Shown piece after piece: positions 32,466-44,752 of a DNA stretch of 64,000 bases. This DNA is from Macrostomum lignano (Eukaryota), in assembly GCA_002269645.1 (NCBI GenBank), contig NIVC01000010.1:1302001-1366000 (forward strand), in the 5' to 3' direction. Each line of letters opens with the position of its first letter. Position 1 is the first letter of the stretch. Under the pieces are notes generated by a model. That model was not told the DNA's origin and did not search any database. It saw only the letters and a program-made list of their open reading frames with translations. Both the position numbers and the translations under genes were made by a program.

Positions 32466-33428
32466 TGTGGGGAATTTTTTCGAAATATCCCAGATCCCTG
32501 TTGGCCTACTGGGAACCCCTTTTTCACACCTAGCCTGCCTCCCCATTTCTCATACGCCCCACCCCATTTATCATGCATTTCTCGTGTTTGCCATCTTTTT
32601 ATCATGTTTTATCGATTTTCTTGCGCTGTCCCCTCCTCGTCCCGTGCCTACTTAGAGTATCGCTTGTGCTCACCGTCACCCTTCTGACCCTCTCCGTTTA
32701 GAATCCCAAATGGTGCCGCAAGGCTCCTGACCCATCCCTCACCCGGATGACTCATCATGCACCCTCCTCTTGCGCAACCTTTCTCATGCTATTGTTCTCT
32801 TCCCAGGATTTCTCGTGTGACACCCACCCCTCCTCCGCCTCTATTGTTCTCGTTTTTTATTATTTTGTTCTCCTCTTCGCACCCAATTAGCAATTTTTTT
32901 TCTCAATGTTTGCTCTCCCCACTCTCCCCAATTATCCCCGGTTTCCATTTTCTTTTGTTCTCGATCTGGATCCCTTGTTCTCAATGTTTGTTTGCGCAAC
33001 ACTTTTTCGACCCTCCGCTGTGCTCATTTCCCCCCACTCCTCCTCCGGATTGCGCAATTCTCCCGTTTCTCATGTTGCTATGTCGGTCTCATATTTCTCA
33101 TGATGACTCATTCTGACGTCATCTTCCTGGCGGCCAATCAGAGAGAGGGAGTCATGGAAACGACCTTGGGGTGAGGACCATTTAAGGAAGTGATTTTCGG
33201 CATGAGAATATCCAACTTTGGCCTTTGCCTTTCGACCTTCGGTCTTCCGGTCCTACCTTTGGACTTGCCGTCAGACGCCGATCTGACCTTTATTAGTCTA
33301 TAAGACGAAGCTCTGCCGGCCCGCGGTCCGATACCTCCCAGCATCCTCAGCATCACCTGAGCTTCATTAGCGCCTCGTCGCTTCACCACCTGCCTGTCCG
33401 CAGTCTACGGCCGCCTACGGTCACTCCA

Positions 33429-33503
<75 letters not shown>

Positions 33504-33848
33504 AGCTGCCGGTGAGTTCCTGTACTGATTTGTGCTCTAGTTGCCTTTGCTTATCTGGCTTTTGCTTATTTCCCATTGCTTGATTAGAGAGCTGAGTCAA
33601 TTGTGTACCGTACCTTGCTGTATTTTACTCAATAGTGAAGCCGCCAAATGGCCTGTTTAATTCGCCCAAGGGCCTAATTATTAACAATTAATAAACACCT
33701 CATTTTTCACACCTTTCACCATTATTTCATTCATGGCTTGCTGAGCCTTTCTCCCTGGGTGGCAAAGCATAGTAAGCTAATGGCCTTCCCCCGTGCAAAG
33801 CCCGCCTGTGTGTGCGTGCAGTAGAGGGAATTAGCGGGTCATGCCACA
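32466..33848 (+). mobile_element. Possible LTR (Gypsy-like) or a promoter plus first exon
   Basis: TGTGG...CCACA ends, CRE at ~33114, CCAAT at ~33133, TATA-like at ~33299, (CT)n, AATAAA at ~33691, then GAA-TGGCAGCAG (PBS-like). No TSD and no gag/pol found. Confidence 0.4.
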
Positions 33849-35947
33849 GAATGGCAGCAGAAGGTTGCAACCCCATGCTTACGCGTCCCTTCGCCCTGAG
33901 CAATCTAAACTATAGCTAGTACATGTTCGCCCCACACTACTCCTTGTAATTGAAGCCGCAAGTCCGCCTCATTCACAGCCACAAAGGATCCCCTGCTGAG
34001 AAATCCTCCAGAGTGATCCCAGAGTTCCCGAATGTTCCCAAAGCAGAGTCCCTGTACTCGGCTGCATGCATCTCCCCTGTTAGTCTAAATTCCCTGGTAA
34101 CCAATTCAGGCGGGGCTCTAGCCTCGAAAGGTCTGGTCATAGATCCAGGTGCGCCAGGTCACATAGAGTGGTGGCAGCCGCTCGGTCACGCTGTGACTGA
34201 GTGACCAATATTCGCACCTTGGCTACAGGTGGGGTCCATGTGGGTCCTTGGCCCTCTGGTCACGAAAGCGCAACCAAAGCTATCAGTCATGTGGGCGGGA
34301 CAGTCTGGTGCTGGATCCGTCAGGTCATTGCCCGGCCATAGGCAGCCTACGGTCATTGCCCCCTATGCTCATACGCTCTCTCCGCGGAGCAGACGGTCAT
34401 CAAGGGCGGTTACATCATGTTCAATAATTCAAGTTCAACTATCAAATAAACCTTCGAAAAGAAAGCAGAATGTAGCAAACGCTACTTCCATACATTAAGT
34501 TAGTAGTATAAACCAAAATCATTAGAGTGGTTTGTTTAACAGAACAAAATCTCGACAGGAAAGCTACGCACTTGCCTTTGCAGTTTCAATTTTTAGTTCC
34601 ATGTTTTTATGCCTCGACTGCTTTGATATGCTAGCTGTCTTCTATGATATGATATGCTTTAGTATGAGTGTTCCAAGTGCATGGTTTTGATTTACATGTA
34701 ATAAAAATAACACTAGCAAAAGTAATACTCGTACGACACTCTATTTGCTACATAATTTCGTTCGTTACTTACCAAAAATCCGTGATGAATAACAAATGTA
34801 AACAACCAATAATTCGTAGAATGATATGAGTAATCAAAGCAAACATGGTTGAAACATTTTAGTGTACAGCTTTTGATTATTAAAGTACTATAAATAAGCT
34901 TTGAGATAGCAATAGTACCATGCAGAGCTTTATGTAAAACCTTTCGCCAATCGGAAATGCGGGATAAAAAGTTGAATCGCTATGTCCAATGTCACAAACT
35001 ATTTTTACTGTTTCCGGTAAGCAAATCGCAATTAATGCTCAGATCTGTTTTGAGTAGGCCTAATTCTAATTCTTAGACTTGGACTATAGCGAGTTCAGCT
35101 CTTCCCGTCCCGATGAGGCGCGTTTGACAAAAATGCTGTCAGGCATAAACTACATGCTACTGTGGTATATATATGTATATATATACAGATTATATCTGCA
35201 CGTTTATAATATAATCTATTTGTCAGTTCTATAAATAGAAATTTAGCTCCTACCCAGGCTGCGATCTATACGAAGGTTCGTTATGATAAGGTACTGTATG
35301 AAGTCGCATTGCCTCAAAAATGAGTAATGCGGTTGTATCGCATCCCGTTGTACAGACCAAAGCTCTTATGACAGCAACTCGATATTAACTGCCGTACATG
35401 TTAGACGTAAGTACAGAATTACTTGATGCACAGAACGTACTGAGTGGTTTGGATAGTATATTTGATCAACGATTATAAACTTTGTGTCATCAGCTTTACT
35501 AAAAAGGAAATGCAGAAAAAGTGAACTTCGACTTCGACTTTGAGCATGTTACAAGTACATGCAGTGTCCAATTGCTAGGAGGACAAGTAAACGAAGACGG
35601 AACACTTATAGAACAGGCTACGAGTAAATTAGCAACAGAGGCTATGTTAAAAGAAGAACTAAACCTTTTTTTGTGCGCCACACAAGCGGAGAGGCCTAAC
35701 TTATCGATAGTGCAACTATTTGTGAAAATGTTCTAAATACACAAACACAAGGACACAAGATAAAACGGCCCAATATGGGCCACCACACGCAAAAATACAC
35801 TGACGTTAAGAAAACCTTCTTTTAGATGTCGCTAAAAGCCTTCCTGCAAATATTTTTCCATGTATTAAAAAGCTATTTTTCCCACCTCAACCTTTTCCCG
35901 TTAAAACCGTCTAGTCGAATCTTCAAAAAATAAACACTGGCTTCGTC

Positions 35948-36782
35948 GCTCAGGTGTCTGCGTGCTCAGGTGTCTGTGTGTGCTCAGGTGTCTGTGTGTG
36001 CTCAGGTGTCTGTGTGTGCTCAGGTGTCTGTGTGCTCAGGTGTCTGTGTGTGCTCAGGTGTCTGTGTGTGCTCAGGTGTCTGTGTGTGCTCAGCTGTCTG
36101 TGAGTGCTCAGGTGTCTGTGTGTGCTCAGCTGTCTGTGAGTGCTCAGGTGTCTGTGTGTGCTCAGGTGTCTGTGTGTGCTCAGGTGTCTGTGTGCTCAGG
36201 TGTCTGTGTGTGCTCAGGTGTCTGTGTGTGCTCAGGTGTCTGTGTGCTCAGGTGTCTGTGTGCTCAGGTGTCTATGTGCCCGTACAACAATCCGACGTCG
36301 CACCGACCTCTGAACCGACGTCGTACGACGTCTATGTAACATTACGTGTTTCCTATTGGTCGGACGTCGGGCCGACGTCGAAGTCGTAGTCCAAAAATTT
36401 ATTTCGCGCTGCTTTAACATTTATTTTCGCGGGTGAACTGGCAAGCAATACTGTTATGCTTAATTTAATTATTTAAGGCGAATAACGTGAATTAAGGCGA
36501 ATTTAATTTTTCGACTACGACTTCGACGTCAGCCCGACGTCCGACCAATAGGAAACACGTAATGTTACATAGACGTCGTACGACGTCGGTCAGATACGTC
36601 GGATTGTTGTACGGGGTGTGCTCAGGTGTCTGTGTGTACTCAGGTGTCTGTGTGTGCTCAGGTGTCTGTGTGTGCTCAGGTGTCTGTGTGTGCTCAGGTG
36701 TCTGTGTGTGCTCAGGTGTCTGTGAGTGCTCAGGTGTCTGTGAGTGCTCAGGTGTCTGTGAGTGCTCAGGTGTCTGTGAGTC
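35948..36782 (+). repeat. 16/18-bp minisatellite (CTCAGGTGTCTGTGTGTG) split by a MITE
   Basis: Tandem units on both sides of 36279-36615. Confidence 0.93.
36279..36615. mobile_element. MITE with ~120-bp TIRs (CCCGTACAACAATCCGACGT...), likely 3-bp TSD GTG, CMC-like termini
   Basis: The two arms are reverse complements over about 120 bp. GTG at 36276-36278 and 36616-36618. Confidence 0.85.
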
Positions 36783-38826
36783 CGAACAGCGATCATCAGA
36801 ACGAAGCAAGGACCACCATAAAGTAACGCTGGTAAGAATTATTTTGCGAGATTCGTATCAATAAAATTTAAATGCGATTCAAATGTCCAAATGCGATTCA
36901 AAGGTCATTGAGAAATAATAGCGGTAGTAAATTTATCTCAAATATCGAAAACCGAAATTTTTCTAGAAAAGAATTCGGAAAATGTCATTTATAAAAATAG
37001 AGATAATTTTGCAGTCTAAAAATAATAATTACCCTAGAAGTTCTTTGAATAGACTATTTTTAGAATTGACGTAAATGCTTATAATATAAGTAACCCGCAC
37101 TTACTTGGCACTTACTTAACACTTGCGAGACCCAGTAAGACTTTAGCACAGGAGATTTCTTCAGTAGCCCCACTCCCCCAGGAATTTTTCTTCCCAGCAG
37201 ACCCTGCTCTGAAGAATAATCCCCTACTTTATCGCACAATGACTGGAAAGTTGTTTTTTCATTTTCCAAAACAACAAAGGCAAAAGAAGAATCTCTGTAC
37301 ATCTATGATTTTTTAGATTTAAAGTTTTCGACACACAAAACCATATCAGTTATTCACTGTTCGATTATTCGATATGATCGCAGCCGTAAAGCTCATAGAA
37401 AATTTCCTTACTTCGCCACTGTCAGTAGGCATATACGGGTGAAATAAATGAAACAATTAACTACTAACTCACTCTCTTCTTTTTTGTTAGTTGGTCATCA
37501 ATTGGCAAGCAGTGAGAATAGTAGGTGAGGTCTCGAATCCCGGGGTAAACAAGTCATTGGTAGCAACGAGCCTAGAAGTGATCTTCAGTTGACGTATTTG
37601 ACTTAGCTGCAGGGGGTTCCGGGCATCCCGATACAGCGGGGAGGCGCCCATTCCGCTGATCACCCTGGCGACCACGGGCTGCAGTAACAGAATACTCCAT
37701 GAGTCGCTGGAAAGCAACTGGGGACTAGGGGTGAGAGACAGGATGTACAGTAGTTAGTAGAGACAATTACATTTACGTCAAGCAAAATCTTGGACACTAA
37801 TCACGTGAGCTATTGTATTCTGTATACTGTAAATAAGCCAAGTTCCTTTAAAACTTTTTGATACGAGCGCACTGTACATCCTAACGCATCTTGAAGCCAC
37901 ATCGACGCATAAGCGTATATACTCTGAAGCGCAAAGTTAGAACTACACAGTACTTTCCACTTCAGGAGACTAGATTTTCCTTTGGAAAAGATTAAACTCA
38001 ATAAAATAAAGAGTGGCCGTGAGGGTAGAACATTCAAGTTGCTTCGTTTGTGCCAGACAGACCATACTTTAAAAGCACTGGCCATCGTTTTTCATTCGCG
38101 GCGCTCAATCCCTCACTTTTTCGTTCGTTAATTACTCTTAGCAGGTTACTGAGCAGGGCCATTTGGCCGATATTTGATATGCAATGCTCAAATTCAGTTT
38201 AATTCATTGCATTTTTGATGAGAAACCTCTGTCCTGAGAACACGCGCAAATGCTTGGTGCAAATGTCTACTACAAGATAGAGATGCATGAATGCCACACA
38301 CTGCTCGTGGGGTTGATGCCAGTATAACGCATCTCTTCTTCTTAGAATGGAGAAAGCCTTTTGACAAGCAAAACTGGTTTGGAGCCGGTAGTAGGTTATA
38401 GCATTTGTCTGATAAAAACACACACAAAAGACTGCTATAGCAGCTATCCAGTCGAAGTCCAATGCAGCTACGGCACTTACCGATGCGCAAATGGAGGGTT
38501 AAAAAGTGTGGACCGGAATTAATGGTCTCAGAAGATGTTTGAGCCCCCCTCCCCCCAACCCTCAAACCAAGTTTTTATTCGCTTGATATTTGCAGAAACT
38601 GCACCGAATGCAGATTGAGGGGTTTGAGAAACGTCGCCATGGCTGTAGTCTCTGTGTAGCAGCCTCCACTCTCTGCTCACTGGCCTACCCTTTTCTCGCC
38701 GTCTTATCTACATCTACTCTCGCTCTGAACCTGTTTAAATAGCTTAGTTGCCTAGCGCACTGCCATTATTCTTCTGCTTCTTCTGCAGCGCGCGTCTCTT
38801 CTGCCTCTAACTCGGCTTTGATCGCC

Positions 38827-39494
38827 ATGTCTAGCAGCCTTAAGCGCAGCTCATCGCTGGGCCGTCTGGCTGGCACGGAAGACCCGCTTGACGACTATCG
38901 CTACAAAATGGCTATAGAGAAACTGCGCTGCGATCTAGTTGGCTTCCCTTACTGCTGCAACCGGCACTACAGCACCTACAGGCGCCCGCCGTATTACACC
39001 GACCTGGATTATCCGTACTATCGGTTAGTTTTCATAGTTACTATTATCGTCCAGAAGAATAGAGCAGCACAAATCAAATCAAAACCATTTCATTTTCTAG
39101 GTGGTACGATCGAACCTACTGGCCTGATTGGCCTTACTACGGCCGTCGGCCTTGGTGGTACTACGACGACGGCTATTACCGCGACTACATTCGCGGCTAC
39201 GAGGAGGGCCTGAAGAAATACGACAGCAAGCTGCGCCGTTCCACATCATCGGCTGATCTGGCCGCTCCGGACAAGTTCGAGTCGTCCTCTCGGGCTGCAG
39301 CTGCCGAGGACAGCGCCGCCGCCAGCAGTGCTCGGCCGCTGACGAGTCGCACCCAGACGCCTCCTCCGCCGCCGTCGCCGCCGCTACCGTCGTACTACTA
39401 CGACCGGTACTACTACCCGCCGTATTGGAGCAGCTACTACTACTATCGGCCACCCTACTACTGGCGTCGTTACCTGGACAGCCGAGCCTACTGA
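38827..39494 (+). CDS. Uncharacterized Tyr/Trp/Pro/Arg-rich protein; exons 38827-39023 and 39101-39494 (~196 aa)
   Basis: 77-nt GT-AG phase-2 intron. Splicing gives a continuous frame with GC-rich codons: ...DLDYPYYR|WYDRTYWPDWPYYGRRPWWYYDDGYYRDY...YYWRRYLDSRAY*. Confidence 0.82.
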
Positions 39495-40367
39495 CAGTAG
39501 CCAGTGTGAGACTTACCGAATGGACAAGAATTGCATATGCAGTCGTTCTGCACAAGCTTTCGGCATGTCTAAACTTTAATTCCTGATTATTTTAACCAGT
39601 AGTTTCTATGAATGGTGTTACCTGAATGTTTAAATTTAGCTATAAAGGTAAATTGTAATAATTGTTTAGCTATTAGCAATCTATAACCCACCCGATTAAA
39701 CTGAAGCTGTACAATTGTGTACAATGATGTACATGTATCCGTGCTGTTTGGTGTTTGTTTAGTTTTAATAAGGAACCTGCCGTGCAGTTCGAATTTGCAC
39801 CCCTCCCTGGTTGCTAGCCAGAGTCAATTGTTAACAAAGTGCTGTCTGAATTGAATTTGCTTTTTGGCATCTATTCATTCCACACTTTTCTGACAAATCT
39901 TATGCTTATTTCAGCGTCAGTTTTGGATCACTGATCACTAATACCATCTTCACGCTGTAACTTTGATATTCTGAATCCATTGTGACATCGACGAGAGTGA
40001 TTCACCGTGAACTGACATACTGTATTCTTATTGTAGTTAATACTGTCATATTTTAGTATTCAATGAAAAATATTTTTTTAAACATTCTCTCATGTAGAAA
40101 TTTATTTTTTGCAAGAAATATATTGAATACTATAGCCTTAATATTTTTAAAACATAAAGTAGCTTTAAAATTGAAAAAAGTAAATATAGAATATAAATAT
40201 AGATATATCACACTGCTGTACACTGTCAAATAGACTTTATGTTTGCTTCATCATTGAAACTACGAATCTCTTGAAGAGTAATTTATATAACACACTAGCT
40301 TTAGTCTTCCTTGGAGAGGCAAAATGACTTCAATTCAAAGACAAACGTACTTGTACTTGTAAACACA

Positions 40368-41062
40368 TGATCTGACTCCCTATGATCTGACTCCCTATGA
40401 TCTGACTCCCTATGATCTGAGACTCCCTATGATCTGAGACTCCCTATGAACTGACTCCTTATGATCTGACTCCCTATGATCTGAGACTCCCTATGATCTG
40501 ACTCCCTATGATCTGACTCCCTATGATCTGAGACTCCCTATGATCTGACTCCCTATGATCTGAGACTCCCTATGATCTGAGACTCCCTATGATCTGACTC
40601 CTTATGATCTGACTCCCTATGATCTGAGACTCCCTATGATCTGACTCCCTATGATCTGACTCCCTATGATCTGAGACTCCCTATGATCTGACTCCCTATG
40701 ATCTGAGACTCCCTATGATCTGAGACTCCCTATGATCTGATTCCCTATGATCTGAGACTCCCTATGATCTGAGACTCCCTTTGATCTGAGACTCCCTATG
40801 ATCTGATTCCCTTTGATCTGAGACTCCCTATGATCTGAGACTCCCTATGATCTGAGACTCCCTTTGATCTGAGACTCCCTATGATCTGATTCCCTTTGAT
40901 CTGAGACTCCCTATGATCTGAGACTCCCTATGATCTGAGACTCCCTATGATCTGAGACTCCCTATGATCTGAGACTCCCTATGATCTGACTCCCTATGAT
41001 CTGAGACTCCCTATGATCTGAGACTCCCTATGATCTGATTCTCTATGATCTGAGACTCCCTA
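40368..41062 (+). repeat. 15/17-bp minisatellite (TATGATCTGA[GA]CTCCC)
   Basis: Tandem units read directly. Confidence 0.95.
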
Positions 41063-41329
41063 GTTCCTTAAGAGTCAAGAGCGTTTTATAGATGGGCCCC
41101 AGACTCACTCTAACCGATGGATTCATCACTCATGATTAACTATCGCTAATGGATTCACCGCATTAATTGTATGCTGTTAATTACTATGCAAAAAACTGAG
41201 ACTCAAGGCTGTTAGCCGCTGCTTACAACGCCACAGGTTTGCAGGCTGACCTATAATAGGACCTTAAGTATATTTTCTTTTTAATTGGCTGTCATTACGA
41301 CATCCGCTGATTAGAATTCAAGGACGAGT

Positions 41330-41629
41330 TCAAGGGCAGTGGCAGCAGTAGCAGCGGCCGCCAAGCAGGCTGTGGCTGTAGGACCAGCGCCTGGACCAGC
41401 AGGCGCTCAGCCTTTTGCACATGAGGTCGCGCTTTTCCCAGTTGTTGTGCCAGCAGCCGGCGCCCCTGACGCCGTCGTATTTCGCGCAGGAGAACATCGT
41501 GTCCAGCTTGTTCAGGCCGTAGTTGATGATCTTCGTGATGTCCACCGAAATGCCCCAGTTGACCTTCTGCTCCGACGGCTGCACCAAGAGGGCTGCCAGT
41601 CCCACGAGAATCAGGAAGACGCACTTCAT
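41330..41629 (-). CDS. Secreted 8-cysteine peptide, defensin/CS-alpha-beta-like candidate (99 aa)
   Basis: TTTCAG acceptor just before the ATG, signal peptide MKCVFLILVGLAALLVQPSEQ, GC-rich codons, and a cationic Trp-rich Cys domain ending GGRCYCCHCP. Confidence 0.8.
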   Translation of the reverse strand: MKCVFLILVGLAALLVQPSEQKVNWGISVDITKIINYGLNKLDTMFSCAKYDGVRGAGCWHNNWEKRDLMCKRLSACWSRRWSYSHSLLGGRCYCCHCP

Positions 41630-42413
41630 TCTGAAAGGATTGATACCAGGCATTTGCTTGCGGGAGAAGCCGTAATTAGTCGTCAATGCATCTGCTCGCT
41701 TGGGAATCCTTAAATATAAATATAATGGATTGTTTCGTAAAATATTGCGCAACCTAATAGTTAAAAGTGAAATCCAAAATTGCCTTAAGAAAAGCAGACA
41801 TACAGAGGGACAAAAGAAGGGTAAGAGGGAGATGCAGACAACAGACGGACTCAGAGAGAGAGAGAAAAAAGAAATGACGATCTAGCTCTTTTAGGGACTG
41901 CTAATTACCTACTTGTCTATTTGTTGCTGTCGTAGATTGATTGAAAATAATGCTTGGCTTGTTTAGTTCTCTGTTAAATGTTGGGCATGATACAGTTATT
42001 GTATTTATAGAAAATCTTCTGGCAGCAACCGGATGACATGTTCACTCATCAAATCCATGTTGCAGTCCGGCCACAGTGACAGGTTGATAAGGGGAGGGGT
42101 AGTTTCCTACCGCTGCTTGCCTACTATTTGATATCGCACCAAAGTGATTGAAATACCGTCGATAATTGTGCCTCGATCTTGTTGTACTCAAATTGACACT
42201 TGTACACAGAATTATACACGAGATATTGTACGATCGCTATATTATCTAGTTGCTTGTCGTCTCGACCCTTTCGATCGCGAACCTAAACAAAAGAAAGCAA
42301 CGCGTTGGTGCAGCGCTTTCTTCCAGTTTTCCGTTGTCTCTCTGTCGTACTTGGCTTGCAATCAACGCATCTTGACTTGAATTTGCCGTAGCTCTCCCTA
42401 CCGGAGGGAGACA

Positions 42414-44752
42414 GATCGGCTGGGGGAAGGGAGAGCTGGGGGGAGGGAGAGCTGGGGGAAGGGAGAGCTGGGGAAGGGAGAGCTGGGGGAAGGGAGAGCT
42501 GGGGGAAGGGAGAGCTGGGGGAAGGGAGAGCTGGGGGAAGGGAGAGCTGGGGGAAGGGATTGAGCTGGGGGAAGGGAGAGCTGGGGGAATTGAGCTGGGG
42601 GAAGGGAGAGCTGGGGGAAGGGAGAGCTGGGGGAAGGGATTGAGCTGGGGGAAGGGAGAGCTGGGGGAATTGAGCTGGGGGAAGGGAGAGCTGGGGGAAG
42701 GGAGAGCTGGGGGAATTGAGCTGGGGGAAGGGAGAGCTGGGGGAAGGGAGAGCTGGGGAAGGGAGAGCTGGGGGAAGGGAGAGCTGGGGGAAGGGAGAGC
42801 TGGGGGAAGGGAGAGCTGGGGGAATTGAGTTGGGGGAAGGGAGAGCTGGGGGAAGGGAGAGCTGGGGGAAGGGAGAGCTGGGGAAGGGATTGAGCTGGGG
42901 GAAGGGAGAGCTGGGGGAATTGAGCTGGGGGAAGGGAGAGCTGGGGGAAGGGAGAGCTGGGGGAATTGAGCTGGGGGAATTGAGCTGGGGGAAGGGAGAG
43001 CTGGGGGAAGGGAGAGCTGGGGGAAGGGAGAGCTGGGGGAAGGGAGAGCTGGGGAAAGGGAGAGCTGGGGGAAGGGAGAGCTGGGGGAAGGGAGAGCTGG
43101 GGGAAGGGAGAGCTGGGGGAATTGAGCTGGGGGAAGGGAGAGCTGGGGGAAGGGAGAGCTGGGGGAATTGAGCTGGGGGAAGGGAGAGCTGGGGGAAGGG
43201 AGAGCTGGGGGAATTGAGCTGGGGGAAGGGAGAGCTGGGGGAAGGGAGAGCTGGGGGAATTGAGCTGGGGGAAGGGAGAGCTGGGGGAAGGGAGAGCTGG
43301 GGGAAGGGAGAGCTGGGGAAGGGAGAGCTGGGGGAAGGGAGAGCTGGGGGAAGGGAGAGCTGGGGGAAGGGAGAGCTGGGGGAAGGGAGAGCTGGGGGAT
43401 GGAGAGCTGGGGGAAGGGAGAGCTGGGGAAGGGAGAGCTGGGGGAAGGGAGAGCTGGGGGAAGGGAGAGCTGGGGGAAGGGAGAGCTGGGGGAAGGGAGA
43501 GCTGGGGGAAGGGATTGAGCTGGGGGAAGGGAGAGCTGGGGGAATTGAGCTGGGGGAAGGGAGAGCTGGGGGAAGGGAGAGCTGGGGGAATTGAGCTGGG
43601 GGAAGGGAGAGCTGGGGGAAGGGAGAGCTGGGGGAAGGGAGAGCTGGGGGAAGGGAGAGCTGGGGGAAGGGAGAGCTGGGGGAAGGGAGAGCTGGGGAAG
43701 GGAGAGCTGGGGAAGGGAGAGCTGGGGGAAGGGAGAGCTGGGGGAAGGGAGAGCTGGGGGAAGGGAGAGCTGGGGAAGGGAGAGCTGGGGGAAGGGAGAG
43801 CTGGGGGAATTGAGCTGGGGGAAGGGAGAGCTGGGGAAGGGAGAGCTGGGGGAAGGGAGAGCTGGGGGAAGGGAGAGCTGGGGGAAGGGAGAGCTGGGGG
43901 AAGGGAGAGCTGGGGGAAGGGAGAGCTGGGGGAAGGGAGAGCTGGGGGAAGGGAGAGCTGGGGGAAGGGAGAGCTGGGGAAGGGAGAGCTGGAGGAAGGG
44001 AGAGCTGGGGGAAGGGAGAGCTGGGGAAGGGAGAGCTGGGGGAATTGAGCTGGGGGAAGGGAGAGCTGGGGAAGGGAGAGCTGGGGGAAGGGAGAGCTGG
44101 GGGAAGGGAGAGCTGGGGGAAGGGAGAGCTGGGGGAAGGGAGAGCTGGGGGAAGGGAGAGCTGGGGAAGGGAGAGCTGGGGGAAGGGAGAGCTGGGGAAT
44201 TGAGCTGGGGGAAGGGAGAGCTGGGGGAAGGGAGAGCTGGGGAAGGGAGAGCTGGGGGAAGGGAGAGCTGGGGGAAGGGAGAGCTGGGGGAAGGGAGAGC
44301 TGGGGGAAGGGAGAGCTGGGGGAAGGGAGAGCTGGGGGAAGGGAGAGCTGGGGGAAGGGAGAGCTGGGGGAAGGGAGAGCTGGGGAATTGAGCTGGGGGA
44401 AGGGAGAGCTGGGGGAAGGGAGAGCTGGGGGAAGGGAGAGCTGGGGGAAGGGAGAGCTGGGGGAAGGGAGAGCTGGGGGAAGGGAGAGCTGGGGGAAGGG
44501 AGAGCTGGGGGAAGGGAGAGCTGGGGGAAGGGAGAGCTGGGGAAGGGAGAGCTGGGGAAGGGAGAGCTGGGGGAAGGGAGAGCTGGGGGAAGGGAGAGCT
44601 GGGGAAGGGAGAGCTGGGGGAAGGGAGAGCTGGGGAATTGAGCTGGGGGGAGGGAGAGCTGGGGGAATTGAGCTGGGGGAAGGGAGAGCTGGGGGAATTG
44701 AGCTGGGGGAGGGAGAGCTGGGGGAAGGGAGAGCTGGGGGGGGGGGGGGGAA
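42414..44752 (+). repeat. 2.3-kb G-rich 16-bp minisatellite (GAGCTGGGGGAAGGGA)
   Basis: Tandem units with G3-G5 tracts. The long Pro/Ser ORFs on the - strand are repeat translations. Confidence 0.96.

Noticed and set aside
30266-32466. APQSTTHFGAAVNHSFWRRSQ ORFs
   Set aside because: 25-bp repeat translations.
35499-35736. Exon-like 71-aa ORF (NFDFDFEHV...)
   Set aside because: No recognisable motif and no convincing splice partners found.
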